DNA of 64,000 nucleotides from Eledone cirrhosa (Eukaryota): NCBI GenBank assembly GCA_964016885.1, contig OZ024747.1, positions 22,444,001 to 22,508,000 of the forward strand, read 5' to 3'. Shown piece by piece: positions 51,174 to 63,349 of this stretch (position 1 is its first letter; each line of letters starts with the position of its first letter). The notes under the pieces were generated by a model. It saw only the letters and a program-made list of their open reading frames with translations, ran no database searches and was not told where the DNA came from. The position numbers and the translations under genes were made by a program.

Positions 51174-52927
51174 CTAGAGAGATAGACGGTAAAAAGAAAT
51201 AGCAGTTATGAGCTGTGTTTCCATTAATCAGGGAATAAGTTTGTGATAAATTATTAATCCAATCTTGAAATAATTGTTTCTACTTTTGGCACAAGGCCTG
51301 CAATTATTTCAGTGTATTACTGGTACTTTATTTTATCGACCCCGTAAGGATGAAAGGCAAAGTTAACCTCGGCGGGATTTGAACTCAAACCATAAAGGGT
51401 CGTAACTCTTTGCTGCAAAGCATGGCATCCGACCCACTACCGATACTGCCAATCCAACACAGTATACAGAATCTTCCTGGCAGAAGTGAAAGGAGAATAT
51501 TTAGCAATAGGAGCAATTGTTCTGGTTATATGAAATTGTTTAACTGTAGAAATGAGTTGTGTCACTAAATATCTTGCTTACATTTTCATAATTAATTTTA
51601 TGTTACTTTCTTTTAGCAGTTTGGAAAGCAATGTTTAATGATCCTTAGTAAATCTTAAGAAAGGCAAAACTAGTCAGACTAATCATTATTACAAGCTATT
51701 AAAAGCCCTCTGCTCCAACTACAGGGCTTTATTTCACAGTGAGACTAAATATATGCTTGTTAAACATATTGATATGACTTTGCACATATATTTATTAATA
51801 TTATTCATGGCATAGATAACTGTTAGTAACTCCAATTATTAAACATTGGTGTACTTGCAGAAGTGCACCACAAAAATCTTTTATCTTTATACAGTTTATC
51901 TACAAGTATATTTAAATAAAGCTCATCTCTCTCTCTCTCTCTCTCAGTATGTGACAGCCCATCTAACCCATGCACAGAAAATAAAAAATAAACATTAAAT
52001 GTTGCTAATGATGATGATTTGATGATGATGATTTGATGATGATGATGATGATGATGACAATGGGTGGTGAGGGGGTTGATGATGATGATAATAATGATAA
52101 TGATGATGATGATGATTATCATCATTGTCATCATCATCATGTCATAATTAGGAACTTTTAAGCTAACAAGAACCAAGTATTTATACGACTTAATAAATTA
52201 AGCTGTAAGCCATGATTTGTTTTTTTTTTTCCTTTGAAAGCAGCACAGAAGAAAACATGAAATACCAAAAACATAAGACAAAGATAATGTGTATGTTCTA
52301 TGCCTAAGCCTTCTATCATTAGAATTTCATACTATTCAAAACAGCACACTTAACACCTGCATTACCATAATTCTTATGAAATACACCTCACCTATATTTT
52401 TCAATTAATTCTGTTAATAATCAACAATTTGAAGGGATTTGATAAAATAACCAACAAATAATACTAAGCTGGTGTTTAGTACATAGTACATAGCTTAACA
52501 AAGATATTCTTATATAAAATTTTTTTTTTTTTAGATATGAACACTTTAAAACAAGGCTTCATGCTTCTATAAATCTATATATGTAAATATATATATGATA
52601 TATGCGTGTCTATATATATGCTATATGTGTGTGTATATATATGCTAAATGTGTTTTTGAATTTGTTCTGCAAGATTTCTTGTCTGAAAACATGTGTTGAC
52701 ACAACACACAAAAACAAGATGGTGTAGGACACAACAAAAGAGGACACAAAATAAAAGCCCAGCCACTGAAGATGTCACAGAATGTGTGACGAAAGAGCTA
52801 AACAACCATCCGGTTATCAAACCAACCAACCAACCAAGCAGAAATGTATAATAAATTGCAGTGAAGCAGTGAAAACCAACAGGTGCGTGAGTTTTTATTG
52901 GCAATATGACCCTCCCAAAGCATAACA

Positions 52928-52960
<33 letters not shown>

Positions 52961-52965
52961 TATAG

Positions 52966-53886
52966 TATCATCATCATCCTCATTTTACGTCCGCTTTTCC
53001 CTGCTTGCAAGGGTGGGACGGGTCCTATTCAGCACAGCATCTCTCCACTTGTCACGGTCCTTCGTCATCTCCGCCATGAGCTCCAGTGATCTGAGGTCTG
53101 CTCTCACCACCTCCGCCCATGTTTTCCGTGGAATTTCTTGGCACTTCTTCACCCATCGGTCATCCTCCATGTGTATCACATGTCCATACCATCGCAGTCT
53201 CCTCTCCCGCACACTACAATTTATCCCTCTCAGACACAGTTTCTCTCTCAACACATCCATTAACATTGCACATCCAACGGAGCATGCTTCTCTCATTTAT
53301 CTCCAGCCATCGCATATCCTCTGCAGTCGTGCACCTCACACAGGCATCATATTACCGGCCTTTCGTACGCAGGGAGAAACCCTTCTTCGTCAGTAGAGGA
53401 AGAAGCTCCCTAAACTTCTTCCAACCCGTCCTTATTCTAGATACTATGGCCTCGGAACCCCCCCCCCCCCCTCCCATGCTAATCTGATCACCGGAAGCTA
53501 TCCACCACTTCTATAGCACCCGCCTGCATTTGAAAAATGTGTCTATCAATGCAACTTCTACTGTCAAATTTTCCTGTACATCTACTGCATACGTATTTCT
53601 CCCTACCTATTAGTTTGCCTGCTATCCCACTACATCTCTTGTGTACCCAAGATCTGCATTGTGTACATTTTATAGAATTTATGCCAGTTCCTTTTCTGCA
53701 TATCGAACATGGCCATTTCCCTGATGGAATCAGAGTTTTGTCCTCTTTTCTACTCATCAACACTTTTGTCTTAGCTAGGTTCACTCTCAGTCCTCTTGAT
53801 TCCAACTGCTGTTTCCATAGCCAGAATTTATTCTCTAGCTCCTCTACTGATTCTGCTATAAGAACCAGATCGTAGCATAGAGAAGT
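52966..53886 (-). mobile_element. Decayed RTE LINE, third subfamily (from the YADD region to the tail)
   Basis: LLYA(D)DLVLIAES, GLRVNLAKTK, WPCSICRKG, RRLRWYGHV with deletions and frameshifts. Confidence 0.88.
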
Positions 53887-54379
53887 TTATAGATTTATAG
53901 AAGCATGAAGCCTTGCAGATTGTAGCTAGCATTTATCTGGAAGAAAGATAAATAGAAAGAAAGAAAAAAAAGAAGGAAGGCAGAAGGAAAGAAGAAGAGA
54001 CAGTGCTAAGCTTAATGATATCAACTTGTGAGGTACAGTGTGTACAAACCAATACATTCACAGACACACACATACACTCACTCATTGTATACACACCCAT
54101 TTTATATATAGTCAATATTTATATAAACATTGACTATATATAAAATGCACTTATACTTCCTATGTCTCCCACTCTCTCTTCTATTATACTATTCTTTCAG
54201 TTTGTCTTAGCTGTCAATCTCTGCCTTTTGTTTATATATTCATATATTCTGTAACACTCCTACTTTTACATTTTTGTATTCTATCAAGTCTCTGGGGATA
54301 CATGAGTGATGAGAAATTAAATGTTCCGGTAAATTTATCAGTTTAATGCTCAGATTATAATATATATATTTCTATATAT

Positions 54380-55072
54380 ATGAAAGACGACAGCTGTATA
54401 ACAAAGTGCAGGGCAATAAAGATAGACGGTAGCTACGGAGTAGGCAGACCCAGAAAAACCTGGGACGAGCTGATAAATTCCGACCTCACACACTTACACC
54501 TCTCCAAGACAATGTCACTGGACCGAGACCTTTGGCGGTACTCAGTAATAGAGAAGACCCGCCTTACCTAAATACAAAGTAAAACCTACTACAGTCAGTA
54601 GGCACCTCTAACAAAATACACCCCCGTCCCACCCCATCCACACCGCCCCTTTCAATGTAAAGTTATGTTGGTGCCACAACATCCAGGCCGAAACAAATGA
54701 GATTGTGTAGGTGTCACGACAAAAAAACACACAGTCCACGCTGTAATGTGGCCATGTAGGCAACACGGTAAAAACCTCCCGGCCCCACACTGTAAATGTG
54801 GTTGGTGTTAGGAAGGGCATCCAGCTGTAGAAAACCCGCCAGACAGTCCACGCTGTAATGTGGCCGTGTAGGCAACACGGTAAAAACCTCCCAGCCCCAC
54901 ACTGTAAATGTGGTTGGTGTTAGGAAGGGCATTCAGCTGTAGAAAACCCGCCAGACAGTCCTATGCGAGCAAGACAATCACTCTTGCCTCAAGTGGGAAA
55001 ACCCCCGTCCAAACCCATTGCAAGCGTGGAACACGGACGTTAAACGTTGATGATGATGATGATGATGATGAT
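54380..55072 (+). mobile_element. RTE LINE 3' end with an internal ~112-bp tandem duplication in the 3' UTR
   Basis: Matches 46044-46630; 54732-54843 is repeated at 54844-54955. Confidence 0.88.
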
Positions 55073-55756
55073 AAAAATAGAGCTGAAGTGAAATTCTTGC
55101 CATTTCCTTATTTCAAATTTCTCTTGTTGAAACATATGTAAGACAAATAAAATGTCTTAAATTCATATAGTCTAATGGTTAGGATGCTAGCCATGCAATC
55201 ATAATGTCATTAGTTTAATTCCTGGACAGGTTACTGTGTTGTGTTATTGAGAAAAATACTTTCACATTGCTCCAGTATGCTCAGCTGAGATGAGTACCAG
55301 CAGTAACTGGGAAGTTAATCCTGCAATAGACCGGCGTCCTATCCAGGGAGTCTTGTATTCTTAGTTGCTTAAAACCAAGGAAACCGGGGATAAGCTCTGT
55401 GGTCTGATGAGCCTTTGGCTTGTAACAGACTTTAACTTTAATAAATACTCTGTGCACCTGCATTCATACAGCACCCTGGATTGTTTTACTCAAAGTTTAA
55501 TTCCTGGTTCCATATGGGTTATACTTGGGATGAATTGATTTGAGTTGGAAATTTGCTGGCATAACTTTACTCACTTGATCTTTAAACATTTTTCCCTTGT
55601 AATATATTATGTATATTATGTATGTATTTTGTACTCCTGAAGAAGGGCTTAAGCCCGACACGTCAAACTTTCTTTACTCTTTTCCATATGAAGCATGAAA
55701 CTAATAAGACTTTTTGTACCTCTGTTTGTTGTCTCCTTGAACTATATATCATCATT

Positions 55757-56097
55757 CATCATCATCATTTCATTTTACGTCCACTTTTTCCCTGCTTGCA
55801 AGGGTGGGACGGGAACTGATTCTGGCTTGATTTCTACAGCTGGATGCCCTTCCTAACACCAACCTCATTTACAGTGAGTGCTGGGTGCTTTTTTGCCGTG
55901 GCACCTCCACGACCACTTTGCAGTGGAATGATAGTGACCCCAGTCCCTATCATCTCATTTCTACAGCTGAGTAAACTGGATGAATGTGAAATAAAGTGCC
56001 TTGCTCAAGGAAACAACACATCGCCCGGTCTGAGAATTGAACTCACAACCTTTCGATTGCAAGGCCAATGCTCTAACCACTAAGCCATGTGCCTCCA
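55757..56097 (-). mobile_element. SINE family B, full length
   Basis: Near-identical to 39809-40149 and 20555-20928. Confidence 0.88.
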
Positions 56098-56279
56098 TAT
56101 ATATATAGTATATATCTTGTAAGCAGGAAAGACAGATATTAAATGAATATGATTGCAATGAAGAGAAGGAGGATATAATAAAAGAAAAACGCAGTCTGGT
56201 GAAAAAGTATGATGAAATAGAATATTACTTATTCTGTTTGTAAAAAAAAATAGGTGTAATTAGTGGTTCAAGTAGTATG

Positions 56280-56319
<40 letters not shown>

Positions 56320-56531
56320 TTATCCCGGGTTCAATCAGGGGGGGGGGGGGGGGTAACCACAGTAAGACAGTAAGTAAGGTATTCAATACATAGCCATTTC
56401 TATATTATATATTAAATATTAATATTTAATATATAATATAGAAATGGCTTCTACAGGACTAGAACTGCTTCATTCAGGAGAAATCATCAGGAAGCAGCTT
56501 CTTGATGATGATGTGTTTGTGTTTGTTTGTT

Positions 56532-56605
<74 letters not shown>

Positions 56606-56786
56606 CGCGTGTGTTTTCTCAATTTTTTTTTCTGTTCCATTCCTCTTCTCAATCTTTATATCTTTCTATTTCATCTTTTAATTTTCATTCTGTCTTCTGA
56701 TGATGGACTAGTGTCCAAAACGTTAAGACTCTCTTCCTATTATTTCAAGCGTTAAACTATATTTCTTCATTGTAATCATTTCTTCA

Positions 56787-58010
56787 TTCCAAACTTGGAA
56801 GCAGGGACTAGAAAGAAAGGGTCTCAAAGTCAACATGACAAAGACTAAGGTCCTTGTAAGTAGACGAGAAAACAGAACCCAGATCCCCTCAGGGAAATGG
56901 CCTTGCTCAGTATGTAGGAAAGGTGTAGGTAGGAACTCCATTCTCTGCCCCAAATGCAAACAATGGGTACACAAGAGATGTAGCGGGATCTCAGGAAGCT
57001 TAATTAAGAATGTAGGATTCACATGCAGCAGCTGTGCTGGGACAGCAAGCAGCAAACAGCCACAGGAAACAAGTACCACCAATCTCTGGGAGGGTTCTGT
57101 AGAAACAGTAGACAGCTTCTGCTACCTAGGTGACCGAATTAGCAGCAGAGATGGGTGTTCAGAAAGTACAATAACTAGGGTAAGAACGGGATGGAAGAAG
57201 TTTAGGGAACTACTACCACTGCTAGCTGCAAAAGGCTTCTCCCTCAAAATGAAAAGCAGACTGTATGATGCGTGTATCCGAACAGCGATGTTACATGGTA
57301 GTGAGACCTGGGCGCTGAAGATGGAAGACTTACGTAGATTAGAGAGAAACGAAGCCTGCATGCTCCGATGGATGTGTAACAGTAATATACGCGAACGACA
57401 AAGCATAGATGAATTGAGAGAGAGACTGAGCATAAGAGGAATCAAATGCTGTGTGCAGGAGAGGCGGTTGCGCTGGTATGGACATGTGATGCGTATGAAG
57501 GATGACAGCTGCATAAAAAGGTGCAGAGCACTAGAAGTCGATGGAAACCGCGGAGTGGGGAGACCCAAGATGACCTGGGATGAGGTGATAAAAGCCGACC
57601 TTACCCAATTACACCTCTCAAAGGCGATGACACACGACCGTGACCTCTGGCGTCACGCAGTAATACAGAGTACCCGACCTCCCATGGGTACAAGCTGAAG
57701 CATATAGACAATATGCCCCCACACCCTCCCACTGCAAGGTGGTCGTGGAGGTGCCACGGCAAAAAAGCACCCAGCCCACACTGTAAAGTGGACGTGTAGG
57801 CGCCACGAAAAAGCACCCAGCACTCACTGTAAATGAGGTTGGTGTTAGGAAGGGCATCCAGCTGTAGAAATCAAGCCAAATCAGTTCCTGTATTAGCAAG
57901 GCATGGTCAGCCGACCAGACACTGCCCACAACAGGACAACCCGTCTAACCCATGCTAGCGTGGAAGAACGGACGTAAAACGGTGATGATGATGATGATGA
58001 TGATGATGAT
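56787..58010 (+). mobile_element. 5'-truncated RTE LINE, near-identical to 22201-23429
   Basis: 287-aa ORF 56835-57698 differs at only about a dozen residues from 23369-22506; (TGA)n tail. Confidence 0.92.
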
Positions 58011-60596
58011 GTACAGTGTCATTTGCTTTGTTATTTCTGTTTAACTTTTACATATATATATATGTGTGTGTGTGCATGCATGTGTGTGCATGTGTTTGTA
58101 TGTGCGTGTATCTTTTTAGAAACTGTAGGAATCCCAAATGCAGAAAAAGCTGTAACAGCAGTTGAATGCTATAAATAATTTAGAAAATTCGGTGAAAAAG
58201 CTAAGGATGGAAAAAAGTGGCCAAATATTGCTACAAACAATTGAATTCCATATTCCTCAAATTCCAGCTGAATGCTCTAATCATTGAGCTAGGCAACCTC
58301 TCACAACAGATTCCATCTGAATTATATAGCTATACAAACAACTTCAATTTTAACCCTTTGGCATTTAAACTGGCTGCATCCAGCCATAATTCTCTCACCT
58401 CTTCTTGTTCAAACTGTCTGTAACTGGCCACTCATACCGATGTTAAGGTATTGTTCTCAAAATAAATAGCATCAAAATCTCATAGATTCGATATTATGTA
58501 AGATAATTGTGTGAGATAAAGCCTTTACCACGAAAATACAATAGTATATATAGAGTAATGTAAATGTTATGTAAGATAATTGTGTGAGATAAAGCCTTTA
58601 CCACGAAAATACAATAGTATATATAGAGTAATGTAATTTTTATGTGAGATATTATGTGAGGTAAAGCCTTTACCACGAAAATACAATAGTATATATAGAG
58701 TAATGTAAATGCTGAATGGTTAAACAACTGTCTGTATAAACTATCGAAGCACTGGGTAATATTCAGTAGTAGTAGTAGTTTCATGTTACAATGAAGAAGA
58801 TACTAACAGTGATAGAAGTTTTAAAATTTTTATCATATAAAAGTGAGTATTAAAATTGCTTTAAAACACAGATGGGCACACACATTGCACGTTACTGCAA
58901 AGGAAGTGCACATGCAGGAGTGTAATATATTAATCTCTTCAATGCCATAGATGAGATAACTCATCCTAACATGTATGCATCCCAGTGCCATGGACAAGAT
59001 AACTTGTCCTAATGGGGTTACTAGTTTATTGATGTGACATTTGTCAATCAAAATAGTCATTTTACTGAAGAAAAAAAACCTGTACAGCAACTGTAGCTGT
59101 GTAACATATACGCAACAGTCAACAGATCAAAAGCATTCAAGTTTTCTAAGTATCCCAGCATTTTTTGACACATCTCAAAAAGTCACAGCACACCCCTGGA
59201 CAATATTTGACAGACTAATGTGCCACAACACAGTAGTTGAAATGATCTGCCCTTCAAGGATGATAAATGGAACTTAACTCTGGCAAGACTTTAGCAGTTA
59301 ATCCAATTGGTTATTTTCTACACCAATTTGTAATGAAATTATATTTTGGTGAATTTTACTATGGTACAAAAATACGGCATATTTTCATATCATATTTTAT
59401 ATTCATCATTTCTAATAGAAATTCACCAAACATGATGACATTATCCTCAGGTATAAAGGACAAATTAAGCCAGTGGCAAGTTTCTTCATGTTTTGTCATG
59501 TTCAACCATATGAAGGTCACAAAGGACTGCAAGCCATGACATGTCATTTTTGACAAACTAGCTACCAACAGAAGCTGTCACAGCTCCTTACTCCCTGACA
59601 TTCTCTTAATACACAGCTTGTTTCTTTCTGTAAACATATTATTTTTACCAATGCAGAAAAAAACATTGCAAGAAAATACTTTTCTGTGATCTAAAATAGA
59701 TATGTAAATTGCAGTTTGTTTTCTTGTTGGGAAACTAATATTTTCAAGAAATCTTTTTCCTCATTTCAATTACAGGGTCACATCAACTGCTAATTAATCC
59801 AACAGACATTTTTGTTAAAAATTCATAAATGTTTTATAGAAAACTTATAAAAGATAAAAAAATGAAAGTAGCGATACTCATTCCTTTTTAAATAAGTGGA
59901 GTTAACCCTTTAGTATTTAAATTGGCTGTATATCTGGCCAGAATTCTCTCACCTCTTTCTGTTCAAACTGGCCATAACTGGCTGGTCATGCTGATGTTAG
60001 GGTATGATTCTCAAAATAAATAACATCAAAATCTCATAGATTCGATATTATGTGAGATAATTATGTAAGATGAAGCCTTTGCCTCAAAAATACAATAGCA
60101 TATATAGAGTAATGTAAATGTAAAAGGGTTAAAGGACTTTGTAGGATTAAAATAAGGGGTTAGACTTGACATGTCAGGAAATAGTTTTATTCTAAGGTCC
60201 TAAATGTTAATATTTTTTCTTGAGAAGCAGGAGCCATGTCTATGAACTATACTAAAGGGATTGATGTCACTGATGCAGAGTTTCAACATTTTCAGGTCAA
60301 TATCTGTAAGAAACCATATATAGGGAAAGAACCAAAGGTGTTGTCCGAATGTTTACAACAAAGGAAACACTTGCTAAAGGGTGGTTTTTTAAGCCTGCCA
60401 ACCAGGTTAATCCTAAAACCCTTGCTACCATGGTTAGGGTGGTATATCTCTTGTAGCAATTTTTTTTTTTATTTGTGTGGCCTTCCTAACCACATAACTG
60501 TGAAGTATGAGTGAAACATGTTTGTTTGTTTTTTATCTTTTTGTATGGAATGTTGTGAAATAGCAACATCAATGATATTACAATTTGTATACTTAC

Positions 60597-60672
60597 ATAA
60601 GAAACGTTTCCCAATGATATGGCATCGGTCAGCAACGAAATGAAGAACAAATTTGGTTTCTGGAACTGGTAT
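60597..60672 (-). CDS. Secreted Cys-protein gene, constant internal exon (IPVPETKFVLHFVADRCHIIGKRFL)
   Basis: TTTTATACTAG acceptor, GTAAGT donor; 76 nt, phase 0 in, phase 1 out, bridging 62677 and all four terminal exons. Confidence 0.75.
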
Positions 60673-61537
60673 CTAGTATAAAATACATTGATTTATTAAT
60701 GAAAATTTGACAAAACTGGGAAGAAATAAATGGTTGGATTCACTAATTGATTCACTCATTCATTTACTAATTGCTAAACTAATTGATTCATTAATTGATC
60801 CCATCATTGATTCACATTAATTAGGGAGAGTTCATGAGGAAGGTGATGGAGAAAGGTTAGGTCTCAACAATGGCAAGGAGTATGTTTAAGGTTATTGAAT
60901 TACACTCAAATACAATCTTGTTTGATATATTCTTGAGTAACATCTTGTATGTATGCCTTGGTGTGCTGGATGTAATCCTAGTTTTCAGTGTGATGTAGTT
61001 GAGACTTACAGTTCTCCAAGAAGTTTTAGCAGGTATTATTTCTTGTTGTGCTAGGGTAGTGGATTGCTAGAATCATTAGAGCATCAAACAAAATGCTTTG
61101 TGGTATTTAGTTATGGTCCTTTACATATTAAGTTCAAATCCCACCATGGTCAATTTTGCTTTTCATCCTTCTGGAGTTGATAAAATATGGCACTTGTTAA
61201 ATACTAGCATTGGTATAATTGATTTCTCCCCTTCCCTAAAATTACTGGCCTTGTACCAATGTTAGAATCATTAGAACATTGGACAAAATGCTTTGCAGCA
61301 TTTATTTGTGGCTCTTTAAGTTCTAAGTTCAAATCCTGCTGAGGTCAACTTTGCCTTTCATCCTTCCAGGGATAAAATAAAATATCAATTAAGTACTGAG
61401 ACTGATATACTTGACTTACCCCTTCTTCAAAGTTGCTGACCTTGTGCCAAAATTAGAAACATTATTTCTTGAACTGATGAGCAGTATAATTATAATTAAG
61501 TAACCATTTACAATATAGTCACAGCCAAACTCTATAC

Positions 61538-62056
61538 CAGAGGTTCTAGTACATGTGCCCCCCCCCCCCTCACAGCCATGTAATACTCTCAGTGTCCCGC
61601 CTCTATTTCCAGAGAGACTTGCCTACACGCAAATTGTAGATAATATATAATAAATAAAATCGTTAATTTATATATAATAAATAATTGCGTCTACGTTTGG
61701 CACAAGGCCAGCAATTAACCCAGTGCATTACTGGTACTTTATTTTATCGACCCTGTAAGGATGAAAGGCAAAGTTAACCATGATGGGATTTGAACTGAGA
61801 CCGTAAAAGGTTGTAACTCTATACTGCAAAGCATGGCGTCCGACCTTCTACCGATACTGCCAATCTACCACCATAAATAATATAATATATACTATGTATA
61901 AATAAATATTATATATTTTTTATTTTACTATATTTATATATATGTATCATCTGATATTTAATATACTATTATATCATCTCTATCACCCTCTCCCAGCGCT
62001 CCCTGGACCTTCTCAATGCCCCCTGGGGGCAGTAGTATCCACTTTGAGAACCTCTG
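61538..62056. mobile_element. hAT-type MITE with nested family A SINE
   Basis: TIR CAGAGGTTCT/AGAACCTCTG; 8-bp TSD CTCTATAC/CTCTAGAC; SINE at ~61685-61872. Confidence 0.75.
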
Positions 62057-62357
62057 CTCTAGACAATTAATGGACTTGACTTTCTGTTGACTATCAAGAG
62101 TTCAATACATAAAACTTTCTACTGCTCATAGCCATTACATTTATTTGACATTCTAATAACTCACCCATACAAACTATTGATTACATTTGAAAATTGTAGG
62201 CATGATGAATAATCAAACTCAAATTGGTAAACTGGGAATTGAACCTTTATTGCAGGTTTTGGTTGCAAGGAGCTTAACATTATACTACAATATATATATA
62301 TATATACACACACACACAAACACTACAGTACACACACACACACACATACACATGCTT

Positions 62358-62417
<60 letters not shown>

Positions 62418-62676
62418 GTGCCTGAGCTTGAATGTATGCACACACTGCCTAATTTATTGATTGAGCTTTTATTAACCCTTTAGCATTTAAACCAGCTGTA
62501 TCCAGCCAGAATTCTCTCACCTCTTTCTGTTCAAACCGGCTGTAACCAGCCACTCTTACTGACATTAAGTTATTGTTCCCAAAATAAATGATATCAAGAT
62601 CTTATAGATTCAATATAAAGTAATGTAAATGCTAAAGGGTTAATTTGAAAATGTATAAATGTTTTGAAATACTTAC

Positions 62677-62876
62677 ATCTCCTTCACTGCCTTTGAAGAA
62701 GGACAACAAGTTCTCCATGTGGGTCCTCAAGAAACCGATTTGTGTATCTAAAATCGGTATAGTGACACGTTTCAGTAACTCGATGGTATTACCGCTAAGA
62801 CCTGCAATAATTCCAGCCAGGTCAGGCAGACCATGTGTATGTTCTACCACCAAACAGCTACTCAGTAAAAAAAGGA
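62677..62876 (-). CDS. Secreted Cys-protein gene, constant exon with signal-peptide end and amphipathic N-terminal region (LFLLSSCLVVEHTHG/LPDLAGIIAGLSGNTIELLKRVTIPILDTQIGFLRTHMENLLSFFKGSEGD); start exon not found, probably beyond 64000
   Basis: TTTCTCTTTGCAG acceptor, GAT|GTAAGT donor, 200 nt open; hydrophobic core followed by a T-H-G cleavage-like site. Confidence 0.78.
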
Positions 62877-63049
62877 CTGCAAAGAGAAACAAATAACATT
62901 ATAATATAAAGATTAATATAAAGTACCAGTAATGCACTGGGTAATTTCTGGCCTTGTGCCTAACGTAGAAACAATTATAATATAAAGATTACTTTTTTTT
63001 TTTTTTTCTGTCCATCTATCTATTTATTTATTGTCAATCACACTGTCAC

Positions 63050-63081
<32 letters not shown>

Positions 63082-63349
63082 TCACACGTGCGCACACACA
63101 CATCCAGCCGTAGAAAGCCTGCCAAACAAAGGGTTGGGAGGACCCTCAGTTGTGTCAAAGATATGACAACCTCCCTGAGCACGGGTCGGATGTCATGCTT
63201 TGACGCATTGAGTTATGGCCCTTGCCATTCTGAGTTCAAATCCCGCCGAGGTTAACTTTGCCTTTCATCCTTACGGGGTACCAGTAATACACTGGATAAT
63301 TGCTGGCCTTGTGCCAAAAGTAGAAACAATTATTTATTTTCAGAATAAT

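Noticed and set aside
58100-59700. Higher-complexity stretch that might be a decayed gene or transposase
   Set aside because: Stops in all frames examined and no recognisable motif.
60193-60303. Possible extra phase-1 terminal exon on minus (YIDLKMLKLCISDINPF...*) after a TTACAG acceptor
   Set aside because: No similarity to T1-T4 and a weak pyrimidine tract; cannot be supported without transcripts.
62632-62892. Single-exon 86-aa ORF starting at TTG
   Set aside because: Its first codons are a pyrimidine tract plus AG acceptor and its end runs through a GTAAGT donor; it is an internal exon.
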